From: the human T2T-CHM13v2.0 reference genome, Homo sapiens
Assembly (NCBI RefSeq): GCF_009914755.1
Contig: NC_060931.1
DNA length: 64,000 nt
Reading direction: 5' to 3' (one strand)
Shown here: piece by piece, positions 14,132 through 29,049 of the stretch
Position numbering within the stretch: position 1 is the first letter of the stretch
How the letters are laid out: the number at the start of each line of letters is the position of its first letter
Program-made: the position numbers and the translations under genes
Notes under the pieces: generated by a model
What the model was told of the DNA's origin: nothing
Databases searched by the model: none
What the model saw: only the letters and a program-made list of their open reading frames with translations

Positions 14132-15457
14132 AAAATGGAAGCAAAAAGAATGCAGGGGCAGCTGTACATAATACAAACAAAATAGACTTTAGGCAGAAAA
14201 CAGTAAAAATAGACAAAGAAGATTCTTATATACTGACAAAGGGATCAATTCATCAAGAGGATATAACAATTGTAAATATATGTCCACCCAACATTAGAGC
14301 ACCTAAATATATAAAGTAAACATTAAGAGATCTGAAAGGAGACAAAGACTTCAACACAATATTAGTAGAAGATTTCAATACCCCACTTTAAACATTAGAA
14401 ACATTAGACAGGTCATCCAGACAGAAAATCAGTAAGAAAACACTGGACTTGAACTATACTTTAAAGTACCACAAATGAACCCAAAAGACATATACAGAAC
14501 ATTCTATCCAACAGCAACAGAAGACACACTCTTCTTAAGTGCACACGGAACATTCTCCAGAATAGATCATATGTTAGGTCATGGAACAAGTCTAACAAAT
14601 TTAAGAAGATAAAAATCATATTAAGTACTTCAACATAGTCCTGAAAGTCTTAGCCAGAGCAATTAGGCAAGAGAAAGAAATAAAAAGCATCCAAACAGGA
14701 AAGGATGAAGTGAAATTGTATCTGTTTGTTGATGTCATGATCTTATTAATATACACAGAAAATCCTAAAGAAGCTACCAAAAAATGGTTTAAACTGATAA
14801 ATTCAGTAAAGTTCTAGGGTGCAAAATAAAAAATCAGTAGTTTCTATATAGTAACAACGAACCGTCTGAAAAAGAAGTGAAGAAAACAATCCCATTAATA
14901 ATAGGATCAAAACATGTTTAGGAGTATATTTAATCAAATTATAAGTGAAAGATCTGAATACTAAAAACTATAAAACATTAACAAAAAATTAAAGATGACA
15001 CAAATAAAAGATATCCCATGTTCTTGAATTGGAAGAATTAATACTGTTAAAATATCCATATTACTCACAATGCTACAGATTCAATGTAATCCCTATAAAA
15101 ATTCCAATGTAGTTCTTCACAGAAATAGAAAAAAACATTCCTAAAATTCATATGGAGTCATAAAAGACACCAAATAGACAAAGCAATAATCAATAAAAAG
15201 AATAAAGCTGGAGGTATCACACTACCAGATTTCAAAATATATTACAATGCTATAGTAATCAAAACAGCATGATACTGACATAAAAACAGATACATCAACC
15301 CATGCAATAGGATAGGGAGCTCCAAAATAAACCCACGTATCTATGGTCAATTGATTTGCAACAAAATTGTGAAGAACACACATTGGAGAAAGTGTAGTCT
15401 CTTCAATAAATGATGTTGGGAAAACTAGATATCTACATAAGAAAGAAAGAAATTGGA

Positions 15458-15580
15458 GGCCAGGCATGGTAGTTCATGCTTGTAATCCCAGAACTTACGG
15501 AGGCCAAAGCAAGAGGACTGCTTGAGGCCAGGAGTTCAAGACCAGCCTAGGTAACATAGCAAGATCCCATCTCTACCAAA

Positions 15581-15623
<43 letters not shown>

Positions 15624-15726
15624 AAGATAAAAAGTAAAAAAAAATTAGCTTTGCATGGTGGCACGCATCTGTAGTCCTAGCTACTTGGAAAGCTAAGGCA
15701 GAAGGATCGCTTGAGTCTAGGAGTTG
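15458..15726 (+). mobile_element. AluJ inserted in L1; right arm 3'-truncated; (TAAA)11 in the linker
   Basis: ggccaggcatggtag..ggactgcttgaggccaggagttcaagaccagcctaggtaacatagcaag (J diagnostics); ends at ..gagtctaggagtt with no A tail. Confidence 0.9.
15581..15624 (+). repeat. Perfect (TAAA)11 STR
   Basis: 44 nt of uninterrupted TAAA. Confidence 0.97.
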
Positions 15727-17770
15727 CTTGGGTCCTTACCTCACCCCTTATGAAAGAATCAACTCAAAATATATTAAGGATTTACACATACGAGCAGAAA
15801 CCATAAAACATAAGAAGAAAACATGCAGAAAACGCTCTATGACCGACATTGTTTTGGGTAGAAACTTCTTAGATACTGACCCCAAAATCACAAGTTACAA
15901 GGGCTAAAATAGACAAATGGGATTGGTTCAAACTGAAAGGCATCTGCACAGCAATAGAAACAATTAATAAAGGAGGCACCCATGAGCTGGGAGAAAATAC
16001 TTGCAAATCATACATCAGATAAGGGGCTACTTTTCAAAATATACAAGAAACTCAGACTACCCTGTAACAAGATAACAAATAACCCTTTTAAAATATAGGC
16101 AAAGGATTTGAAGACATTTCTCAAAAGAAAACATAGAAATGGCCAACAGATATGTGAAGAAATGCTCAACATGCTTTAAACATCAGATGAATGCAAATTA
16201 AAACCACAATGAATTATCACCTCACAACTTTTAGATTGGCTATTATCAAAGAGTTGAAAGATAAGTGTTGGTGAAGATGTGGGGAAAAGGGAAACCTTAT
16301 ACATACACTGTTGGTGGTTTTACAAATTAGTACAGCTATTTTTCAAAAAAATGTATGGAATTTCCTCTAAAAACTGAAAATAGAATCATGATATGATCCA
16401 GCAATCCCACTACTGGGACATACCCAGTGGAATGGAAATCGGTATGCTGATGAGATACCTGCATTCCTGCATTCATTGCAGCATTATTCACAATAGTCAA
16501 GATATGGAAATAACCCAAGTATCCACCTAATGGGTTAAAAACTGTGGTATACATAAATAATGGAATACAATTCAGCCTTTAAAAATAAACTAGGAAATTC
16601 TATCATTTGTGACATGAATGAACCTATATAAGCCAGAAACAAAGAAACAAATACTGTCTGATCTCATATGTGGAATCTATAAAAGTCAAACTCATAGAAG
16701 TAGAGAGTAAAATGATAATTATCAGAGCCTGGTGTTGTATGGGGGAAAAAAAGACATTGGTCAATGAGTACAAAGTTACAGTTAGAAGAAATAAGGTCTG
16801 GTGTTCTATTTCACAGCACAGTGATGACAGTTAATAATGTATTATATATTTCAAAAGAGCTAAAAGTGAGGATTTTCAATGTTCTCACCACAAAGAAATG
16901 ATAAATACTTAAAGTGATGGATACTCAAATTATCCTGATTTGATCATTCCGCAATGTATATACATGTATCAAAACATCACTGTGTACCCCATAAACATAT
17001 AGTCAATTAAAAGTTTAAAAAATATTCGTGCATACATACATAAAGCTACTCAGCACATACCTATTATGCCGTATTTTAAATATATAAAATGTAAAATATC
17101 AATTTCTGACTGCTTTCCATATATTTCCTAAAGTCAGGATATTTTACATGGACCTTTTTGTTTACAAGATGAGTGTGATGGGAATAAAGGTGGCCTGTGG
17201 TTTTCATATGCAATCCCATCTAGCGAAAAGGACCTTGAAACCCTGGATTAAAACATTGGAGGTCTAGCTATAGCACTGTATGCCACTTAAGTAGCCATGG
17301 AACCACATATATGTTACATGACCTCTTGGTGATCTGGGTCACTCATCTGTAAAGGAAGGGGATGCACTAAATTCATTATCATATTTTTCAAGATTCTTTT
17401 CACGTTTAAGTCCATATAAGGTTCTCTGTTTTCCACCATAAGTTAAATAGTCATAGTGTGTATTTTGTTTAGAAAATAAATGCAAAACTCAGCTTTGCAT
17501 TATTTACCTTAATAGAATCATGACAAGACTGGTTGAGGGACATATAGCACCAAAAGAGAAGTAATTTCATTTTTCTATTATAGCAGTAAAAATCTTTTAG
17601 TAAATAAGTGACAAGTTTTACTCCATTTGTCCTCAAAAAGACTTAAGAGACAGTATGCATGAAGTCTACAGCAGGCACACTGGCTGTCAGCATGTTTTAA
17701 TTACATTTACTTCCCATAAATTGAATTCTAGAAATGCATAAATGGATAATTTCTTTGTGGCTCTCCCTGA

Positions 17771-17906
17771 TAGGGTGATCATACAATTTAATGTACAAAC
17801 TGAGATACTTTTGAAAGTAAAAATGGGGCATTATAAATAAATTACACCAAGAATACAGGCATAAACTGGGACTATCCCATGTAAACCAAGGCACATGTTT
17901 ACCCTA
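17771..17906 (+). mobile_element. MER94-like hAT-Blackjack MITE
   Basis: Termini tagggtgatcata..catgtttacccta (TIR), 136 bp; degenerate 8-bp TSD ctccctga/ctgtctga. Confidence 0.8.
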
Positions 17907-18696
17907 CTGTCTGAGAGTTACAACTAACATTAGTATAGCAACTTAACAAAATTAAACACTAGGGTATAAAAAATTTAGATTATGCTTAATAAGCTTCCTT
18001 TAACTCTCAAAGATGTGTACTGCACTCTAGTGAGGCTTCAATAGAATAATGAAATTCTTGGTTTGTTTGATTCCATAATTTGAAGATGGAAGAGCCAATA
18101 CAGCGTTTGGAGGAATGAGTGGGATCAAGATAGAGCAAGAACAAATAATCTGACCAAAAAAAAAAAAAGGCAATACTAAAACATGTTTTAGTAAGCCTAT
18201 AAAATAATTCTACTGATTAATATGAAGCTCAATGAGAAACCAGAGAAAGTAAAGAACTCGTATTTTATAGTACCAAGGTATGTTATATGAACAAACACAG
18301 GATATATCTTGTTGCATCTTGTCAGGCTATGGAAGCACTACTACAGGGATCCTGTTTACATTTCAAGCAGGCTACATTATAATGTAAGGTCCAGTTTCAT
18401 GTAAGCATGTTTGGGTGAGATAGAAATAATGCCTCTTGCAGTGGCAAAATTTTGAGGCTTCCATTCATAGATAAGAAAACCAAGGAAATTCTAGATTTAT
18501 CTCAAATAATTCTTATTTCATCACTGTTGCCACAGCCTTAATTCAGAAATCATAATTCTCACATGGATAATTCCACTGGCATTCTTATCTACAATGTTGC
18601 CTCTATAACCAAGTAGTCTTTCAATTGGTTATGACAGTAAGTTTTCCAAATATTAAATCTGGCTTGCCAATGTTCTGCTTAAAATTAGGTATTGGT

Positions 18697-19060
<364 letters not shown>

Positions 19061-19102
19061 TCACATCTTCAACTCCCACCCCACATTTACATTCTAGAAA
19101 TA

Positions 19103-19439
19103 CAATCAGCCCTCTGTATCCATGGGTTCTGCATCCATTGGTTTCAACCAACTATGGATCAAAAATATACAGAAAAAAAACTGTGTCCGTACTGAACATG
19201 GGCAGATTTTTTTCCTTGTCATTATTCCTTAATCAATACAGTATAACAATTATTACATAGTATTGACATTGCATTAGGTATTATAAATAATCTAGAGATG
19301 ACTTAAAGTATACAGAATGATGTACATAGGTTATATGCAAATACTATGCCATTTTGTATCAGGGACATGAGCATCCACAGATTTTGGTATGCACAGTAGG
19401 TCCTGGAACAAATCCCCCATAGATACCAAGGGACAACCA
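19103..19439. mobile_element. MER2 (TcMar-Tigger MITE)
   Basis: ta|caatcagccctctgtatccatggg..gataccaagggacaacca|ta; TIRs and TA TSD. Confidence 0.88.
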
Positions 19440-19453
19440 TACTTTAATTCTCA

Positions 19454-19792
<339 letters not shown>

Positions 19793-19988
19793 TCACAAGA
19801 TTTCCAACTTTAGTGCTTAAACTATCACCTGTCCGCTCCTTTCCTTGTAAAGCATTTAATTACTGTAAGTATTTCCAAAAGATGCCTACCTCCACCACCT
19901 AAAAAAGTGAACTTGATTGGATAGAGTGTTTTCATCCTACTTTTCTAAACTCTTAACATAGTGTTAATAAGAAATGTCATAAATGTGT

Positions 19989-20342
19989 TGTCTTAGCTCT
20001 GGCAGCTTTAACAAATTAGACTGAGTAGCTAAACAACATTTATTTTTCACAGGTCTGGAGGCTGGGAAGCCCAAGAGCAAGGTGTCAGCAGATGCAGTTC
20101 TGGTGAGGACCCTCTACCTGGTTTGCAGATGGCCATCTATTCATTGCATCCTCACATGGTCACGGCAGAGAGTAGAGAGAGAGAAACAAGCTCTTTTTTT
20201 TATAAGGGCTAATCCCATTCATGAAGTCTCCACCCTCCTGAACGAATTACCTTCCAAAGGCCCAACCTCCTAAATACAATCACACTGGGGGTAGGATTTC
20301 AACATATGAATTTTGGGAGACACGAACACTCAGTCTATAACA
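19989..20342 (-). mobile_element. MLT1A-like solo LTR
   Basis: tgtcttag..tctggaggctgggaag.ccaaga.caaggtgtcagcag..gatttcaacatatgaattttggg..cagtctataaca. Confidence 0.85.
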
Positions 20343-20884
20343 CATGATTATAAAAAATCTTTTTTTCAACATGTTATTTTTTTAAAAAAGGTGTTTTTAA
20401 AAAAGGAGGAGGAACCACACATGAAGAGTCAGCAATGTACACAAGCTTCTTTGCATTTGAAAAACTACGGGAGCTGTGATGAAGATCTGTGCTAAGATAT
20501 GCGTCTGCTATAAATCATAATTCCCCCGGTAAAAGTTTTAGCATAAAATCCCAGGCAGTCTATACTCTCATTAACTCTCTAGCACTGATGCCCCTGTACC
20601 TCTCTGGAGAGCTCAGCCAAGGGACTCCAACTTCCTTGCATAAGTGGAAGAAGAAAGTCTTGCTGGCAGAGGTCCCTGACACACTAAGATAGGAACCAGC
20701 AGGAGAAGAGTCCAGGAGAGAATGACCAATCCCAGTGAAGTTCTCTGCTAGCTTGTTAAAGGAAGCAAATGTAAATATTGCCTGAACCCAGGGTGTATGT
20801 GTGATTATTACATTCTCTCAGGACTGCCTATTCTTTGACATTCCAGAATTAAGGGGTTTACCTTTAACTTTGAATACTCAAAAT

Positions 20885-21200
20885 AAACACTCCCCTTATT
20901 CTGGTTAGCCCTTACTATACCTTCAAGACTCAGCAGACTGACCACCTCCACTAGGAAGGAGTCTTTGAACACTCTAGGCTGGAAAACGTTTGCTTCAATG
21001 GGCTTCTCACCCACCCTATCAGACTTCTACTGTAGCACTACTGACAGTGTATCCAGATAATCTGATTACAAGTGCATCCACCCCCAAAGACAGGACAGTC
21101 TTAGAGTCAGAAACTGGGTCTCATTCAGTTTGCATTTCTCAATCTATAATACTTAGCAGAGTGCCTGGCACATGCAAAATAGATGTTTGTTTAGCTGAAT
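20885..21200 (+). mobile_element. L2 3' fragment
   Basis: ..acttagcagagtgcctggcacat..atgtttgtttagctgaat tail. Confidence 0.6.
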
Positions 21201-24174
21201 AGTTATAGTTTTGAGCTTTCAATTTTGTCAGAAAAGATCAATCAGCACCAAGTATATACTTTAAGGCTAATTTCTGAGGTCTCTATTCCTTTCTCAAATT
21301 CTTGATGGAGAAAATGACTAAAGTATTGTTCTTCAAAGAACACTGTAATTGGTTCATTACTGTCATTAGATTTTCCATCCTTCAATGCAGCTTGCATACA
21401 ACCATTACATTATTTTTCTAAATTGCCTTATGATTTTCTGTTCAAAATTTTTTAATAGCTTACCATTATCTATATAGATCAAGGTTCAAATTTCTTATCT
21501 AGAAATTAAAGATTCTTCATATGTTGACCCCAAACAACCTAAATCTGTGACTGCTGTGACATTTCTCCTCCTTTAGAGCACTCCCTAGCTACAATGGATG
21601 CAGTGCTTTTATCATAGGTGTGTTCTGTTTACCCTCAGATTGCTTCAAAGAATCTCTGAAAGCACTTTAATTTCAGGTACTCTGGTCATGACAATGTATA
21701 GGACAATGACAGAGAGTTCACTCCCTGAACAATGAAAACCTTTTCTGATTCACCCTAGGCAAGGATTTTGAATCTTTTAATTAAACATTTCAAGCCTGGT
21801 TGCCTTATGATTTTGTAATAATCGTGGTTGTAATAATAGTGCTTTCCTCACAAAGCTGTCTTGAATATTGATATTTCCTTGATTAACTGGACTATAGGTT
21901 TTCAAGCCAGATCAGTGAGATCCCTATAGATGGGACATTTTTTGCATATAAACAAAAACAATAACCTTATATCTAGAAAATGTAGAAATGTGTTATTTTT
22001 CTTCCCCATATAAATACACCATGGGACAGAAAGGGCAAATAAGCAGGTATTTACATTTCCCTATATCAGAAGTGAGTGATAAACGAGAGGTGAATGGAAT
22101 AAAAAAACCGTTGTGGGAAGTTTCTTTTTTAACATAATTTTATTCAACTTATCTTTGCTGAAAATTAAATTCTTTGAGGAGAAGAGCAGGAATTATGAGT
22201 AAATAACAATACATAAAATTAGTGTCTGTATAAACAGCATAGATATTATAAAACCTACTAGAGGTAATTATGGTGTCCGAACCTCTCATATTCTCAGGAT
22301 ATGAAGATATTTTAGTGAATTCAAAGGCATTCCTTTTGAATTACGGGGGTTATGAGGAATGGAAAGATCCATTGTTTGTGGTTTAGAATGGTCATAATAC
22401 CTAGTGTAGCATCTTTAACACACTAGGTGTTTAGTGTAAAATGAAAAATAAAAGTGTGACTTATATTCAGAAACAATTAGCTATTTGAAGACAGTCTTTT
22501 GAAAGGATATTACAATTTTATTTTATAAATGTTGCTTGGTACACAATTGAAAACATTCCAAAATTTATTGTTGAAGTCTTACTCAAAAAGTACCAAGTAT
22601 TGTTTACTCTGGCTAAAAATTCTCTAACATACATAATGCCCCGCTAAAGTTGAATACCTGAAAGAACACGAACCAGTCACTCCTTCCCTTTCCATGGAAA
22701 ATGGGTTATGATAGCTCAGAATCTGTATCCTCTTTCTTCAGTCACACCCACCAATGATCAAGTTGACAAAAGACAATTTTCCAAGCCACTTTGGAACTGA
22801 TTGACTGTGATAAAGACATGCTCTGGTCCCAGGAGATTAGTATATCTGTACTTGTGATCATTTCTTAATAGCAACTATCCTCTCTTTCATTATCATGATT
22901 CGTTTTAATCTAAGAATATTTCTTGCTTGAATTCAGCCATGAAATAAGTCTTAGTCGCACAGTCTTATTGAAAGTGATACATGAAACACCTGGCTTCCAT
23001 GTCTGCATAAATTAGATTTGGCTATTTGTACTATTTTTGGTGTATTATTTCCCCCAAAGTTTAGTGGTTTAAAACCCTCTCCACTTTTTATTGCCCAGTT
23101 ATAACAGGTGGCCATCAGACTTGCTGTAGTGCAATCCTTAGATCTAGCAATCTGGTGTAACATACACAGTTTACATTAATTATCCCCTTTCCACCTTCTG
23201 GGAGAACACAGAGCATTTTGATTGCAAATTTTGTACTTTGCCATTAACATTCTGGTTTCTAGATATGCACTGGACCATTTCATAATGCCAAATGAGAATG
23301 TTAAACATATTACTGTAGTGACATTAATTAAAGTGTATTTCTTGCAATGCAGTTAAGTTTGCTTCACAATGCAGTAAGTTTGCTTCACAAGTTGAAGCAA
23401 CCCCAAGGTTGACCTTAAAATGATAAGCAATGCTATTTGCTATTTTACTTAAACGTATTCCATATCCATGAGCATCAAAGTAAATCTGTAATCTGGGATA
23501 AAATATTTGTTCAAATAATAATTTCCTCTCTAAAATAATTCCCTTTATTTATATGAATGCTTTACAAAAAAATCAGAATCTTTAGGGTCAATCTGATACG
23601 CATCTAAATTCTCTAGTAGAAATAGATGAGGAAACAGAATTAAACTGCAATCAATATAACTTGATTTAGATATTCCTATTTCCTATATGTTTCAAGATAC
23701 CCTGATCCGGTTGTTCATATTGAGAATTATATACATCGACATATATGTTCACAGGGGAAGGTACACAGCAGATTCAGGAAAGAAGCTAGAATCATCTTAT
23801 TTCTACTCCATGCATCTGGATTTTCGTATGCCATTTTCTGTTTTGAAACGGCACGTTAACCATGGAGTGCTAAGTACAAATGGGAAAGCAGAGGGTCATG
23901 GACACAACAGAAACATCTTCTACTTCCAGCTACTAACAGAAGAGATGGATAGAAAGTGAATACTATAGGATTCCATCTTCTTCTTTAACTTACATGGAAC
24001 TTTCTGAGATACCTAGGCTCATCACCTAACACAAAGCAAAAAATTACATGCATCTCTTTTCTTCATTACCTATTTAATCACCACTAAAAATATATCGATC
24101 TGACATATGTAGACCTGTAATGACCAGTAACATCATTACAGTTTTTCAGTCATGACTTAAACTATAAGCCAAAC

Positions 24175-24483
24175 TTTTATTTTTGTTTGTTTGTTTTTGA
24201 GACAGGGTCTCACTCTGTTGCCCAGGCTGGAGTGCAGTGGTGCGAGAACGGCTAAACTGCAGCCTCGACCTCCAAGTCTCAAGCTATCCTCTCCCCTTGG
24301 CCTCCCAAGTAACTGAGACTAAAGGCATGCACGACTACACCCTGCTAATTTTTGCTTGTTTGTTTTTATAGACGAGGTCTCACTATGTTGCTCAGGATGG
24401 TCTCAAACTTCTGGGCTCAAGCAATCCTCTGCCTCAGCCTCCCAAAGTGCTGAAGTTATTGGCATTAGCCCCTGTGCCCAGCC
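24175..24483 (-). mobile_element. AluJ, full length
   Basis: gagacagggtctcactctg..ctgcagcctcgacctc..ctgggctcaagcaatcct (J diagnostics). Confidence 0.93.
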
Positions 24484-26017
24484 CCAAAACATTTCTTAAA
24501 AATATAGACAGTATTATCATTGTGGACAATCATAATTATAGATATAGGGACTACCACATGTAATATTTCTGGCTAAGGAATATACAGAATGAGGACAAAT
24601 TTTATAATCTACTAAGTAATTTCAGGATGTTCTATTATATGTGAATTTTTCTTACAAAAGTCCTCAATACATAGTTTCTCCATCTGTAATTTCTGCATTC
24701 TCACAATGCGGTAATTCAAAATAAAATACTCCTTTTCATGTAAGGTCAGCGTGTCTTTTGCAGAGGAGCCCCACACCAACCAAATCTGGAATTCTCTGCA
24801 TTAATAAGAAATTTTATCTGGCAAGTGAGTCATCAAGCTGAGATTCCTGGTAAGCAGATAAACTTAACCCTTGTCTTGGGGCCTATAAAAAGCATGCTTC
24901 TCCTCCGGCAGGGATGGATTAGGTTGCCACAGCCTCTAAGGTAGTAAGCTTTTTATATCCGTAGCAACATCTCCCAAGTCACTTCAAAGCACTGGGTTTA
25001 TCTATTTTCTCTTGTTGCACAGCACTATAAAAAAGATTGCTGATCTCTAAGAAGCAGAAATAGAGATGTGAATTCCTCTTTTGAAGGCTTCTCCAAAATG
25101 ATCTAGGAAATAGCCTGCTAACACAGGCTGATGCCCAGAAATCTGTTCCTTCTCTTTGCCTCTTTGTCTGATACTTAGCTTGCACTGCGTTTGTTCCAAA
25201 ATCTGAACATATTAAGTAGCTACTTTGGCACTCAACAAACAGAACAATGTTGTTATATACTAAAAAGCAAGGATTGGTGTATGTAGACATATTTATGTGT
25301 AACTGAATGATTGAATATATATATAAATAAATATATGTGTCATGTTACTTTCTAGAATCTTATGAAAATTATCAATTTAAGCTTACCATATCCCTTTGAG
25401 GTACACTGGCACAGGCAAAAAGGTAGTGAAACTTGTCATAAAAGTATTACGATGCCTCGGTTACACAGCTGATGTTGGAATTGAACAGTATTCCTTTCAC
25501 TGTTTCTTCTTCAAGAAAGACAGCAAGATTTATTATTATCAAGTTCACAATGGCAATGGCATATGAGACAAGCTTTATGTATTCTCATGTTTTAGCTCTT
25601 GACTTTTACAAATAACTTAGAACTTGGAGGAAGCAGTTCCAAAAAGTTATAAAATACCAATTAAGGAAATGAGAGGAAGATATATGGACTGTACAATTTT
25701 TACTTACACACAACATACATCCTATTGAAGATCCTCTGTTGTAGGTAAAAATACTGAAGGTATTTATAATCAAATAATCATACACAATCATATAATACTG
25801 GATATATAACCATTTACAACATAATTATATATATAATCATGTAATAGTAGATATAATAATGGATATTTCCATGTACTGCCAAAATAAAAAATTTCTCAAG
25901 GGGTAAGTTCTGTGGCAATAGAATAAGCCCTGTTAAGTTAAAGCAGATACTTAATGTTTGCTAACATTTGATAAGAGTTTGTTACAACAAGATTCTTCTG
26001 TATTTGTTTAACTACTG

Positions 26018-26320
26018 ATTCATTTAATAAATATTTATGAAGTGCCCGCTATGTGCCAGGTATTGCTTTAAATGCTGAGGACACAGCAGAGTACAAACAT
26101 GCAGAATTCCCTGTCCATGTGAAGTTTATAATATATTGAATGAATATGTAATAGAAACAAACATCCTAAATATGTAGTATGTCAGATGGTGACAAGAAAA
26201 TGGAGCAGGGGAAGATATAAGGATGGCTTAACCAAGGGATTCAAGAGGTAGAGCTGAGGGGTGCTGCCTTAAATATGATGTTCACAGAAGGCTTCAACAT
26301 GAGCTGCAATTTCATTAGAA
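26018..26320 (-). mobile_element. L2 3' fragment
   Basis: ttcatttaataaatatttatgaagtgcccgctatgtgccaggtattgct..aatgctgaggacacagcag. Confidence 0.7.
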
Positions 26321-27243
26321 AAAAACTATATTATTCCATTTTCTCAAAAAGGAATTATATATAAATAACTGCAGAGTAATCTATCCAAAAGAAGTTGAAT
26401 CTATTCTGAAGAGGCAAGTTACAGTATTTATTACAGTAGTCTAAATCATTCTATGGTCACCTGTAAATCTGTCTCCTCTATTAGACCGAAGGCTGTTTGA
26501 GATTATGGACTTAGTCACGAAATCACAGCATACTGACTTAAACAGAACAGATATTAAGTAAAAGTTTGTTAAGGTGACTGGAAGAAGATACCTAATAGCC
26601 TCTATAGTATATCTAAGAGGAGGAAGTTTGCCTGTGGAACTCTAATATGAACTTTTGCCTAATTTTAGGGTAATATAACCTTTCATGAGCATAAGGCCTA
26701 TAATGTCCATACTAGGATTAGCAAGGGTAGAGCAGATCCTTCCTTTTTTCTCCACACAAAGGCAAGGTACAAAAATAGTTACCTGGGTTGTACATCTCAC
26801 TCTCTGTTGGATTCCACTATTAAATATAGAGATACATTTAATATATATAGGTTCTCTGGGAATAGGGGAAGTTCCAGAACTCACCTGGGAAATACATTAA
26901 CATGTAATAAGTTCTCAGTTTAATTCAAGTTTCTGATATTGAGAGTTCTTGTAAAATTAGAGTATGTCCAAAAAAAAAAAAAAAAACCCACAATACTCTA
27001 TTGAGAGTCCCATGAACCTGGGTAAAAAACTGTAACTAATTTAAGAGATTTCTAAGACATACTCTAATTCTTAAGTGATATTATTCCACAAAATCTATTA
27101 CATTTAGTTGCACAAGAGTGTATTACAATTATTACCACCACTATCGCTAATTTTTAAAATAAGGACTTCCTATGGGACGGGCACTGAAATACGTGCTTTA
27201 CCATGTAATGCTCTGTTATAGGTGGGTTAGTATTTTTACTTTA

Positions 27244-27651
<408 letters not shown>

Positions 27652-27939
27652 CTAAAAAGAGTGCCAGGCCTATCCTGAGCACCTGAATACCTGACTTCTA
27701 ATTACAGTGCTTTGAAGATTAACATTTTATTAAAGTTTAAGGTGGTATTATTACTTTCAATAATAAGCATATTCATTGTCACAATTGGTAGAGACAAGCA
27801 AGATTCTAAAGCACCTGGACACATGTCACAGGAGAATTAACATGGCATCAAGAATGCTAGCAACAAGAGTCCTGAAGAAAGTTCTATACGCCAGCTAAGT
27901 TTTAGCATAATGTCCTTTGGAATAGAGAAAACTGATGTT

Positions 27940-28560
27940 ATTAGAAATGCATTTATTCATTAAATAAATATTTCTTGAATACATAACAATGAGAGACAAT
28001 AAAAAATTTAAAGCAGATATAGATTTAAGATATATTATATGAATTTTGGTAAGATAATGTACTGAAGGGGGCGAGCAGAGGCTAATATAGTAACCCAAGT
28101 GAGAAATGATAAATGTTTGAACTCATATAGTGGCAGCAAGACTGCCATAGGACAGAGATCTGAAGAATTTCAGGGAACTGTGACCAACTGTCAAGGGATG
28201 GTAGAGTAAGGCATAAACTTACTCTTAGGTTTCCGCCAGGCAGTTGGATGGTAGTGCCATTGAATGAGAAAGGAAATATAAAAAGAGAAAACGAGATTCT
28301 TGTGAGACTAATAATGAATTTTGTTTTAGACAATAAAATGAAGTTCCTCTGGTCGTCCAGTTAGCAAGGAGAAAAACAGCTTTGGAGTTTAGGATTAAAG
28401 GTACGAATTAGGTACAAATTTGGAGTTTAGGATTAAAGGTACAAATTAATGAATGGCACAGAAGTGGTAAGTGAAGGTCACAGAAACAAGATAAAGAGGA
28501 GAAAAGCAGGTATGTCAGAATGTCAGCACAGGCAATGCCCAAGAGAAAATGAGAGGCTGA
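27940..28560 (-). mobile_element. L2 fragment
   Basis: gcagttggatggtagtgccattgaatgaga..ataatgaattttgttttagaca resembles antisense L2. Confidence 0.6.
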
Positions 28561-29049
28561 AGGAGACCAGGACAGAGACTGACAGGCAAGAAGAAGAGGC
28601 AGGAATACATAGGTTAGTACTTCTAGAGTTAATCCTGATAAAAACATATCTAGTGGCAGTTCTACCTTTGATAGAGTCTTACCATATTTTGAAATTTATC
28701 CCTTGGGAAAGTGGGAAAGTTGAGAGCATCTGGGCTGTCTCCATAGTTTAAAGACCATCAAATGTCTACCTAAGATTTTCTACCAGGCATAATTTTCATG
28801 TAAAACAGTTGTCTAAATATGCATCAGAAACTCACAATTTAAAATTTCCTGAGGAAATATTTTAAAGGTGGGAGAGTCCACAAAAGGCATTGTTTTTTTT
28901 TTGTTTTTTGTTTTTTGTTTTTTTGCCTAAGTACTAAGAAGCACTTGCCTTTATTCTATATTACTGTGAGCCATTCACTAAAAGATTACACCTGTTCTAG
29001 GGTAATAGCATATTTGAAACAGTGAATATATTTTCTCAATGAAATGTTG

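Larger units (their letters stand above)
12847..17020 (+). mobile_element. L1MA-type LINE-1: 5'-truncated in ORF1, internal ORF2 deletion near 14628, 3' UTR present
   Basis: ORF1-like LRDLWDTIKYNNLNIIGV..ENIFEEIMAENIP; ORF2 endonuclease-like start (aatgtaaatggattaa..). The sequence jumps from the endonuclease end to RT-like tcaacatagtcctgaaagtcttagccagagcaattagg. L1MA 3' UTR ends ..tgtaccccataaacatata..caattaaaa. Many stops. Confidence 0.9.
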
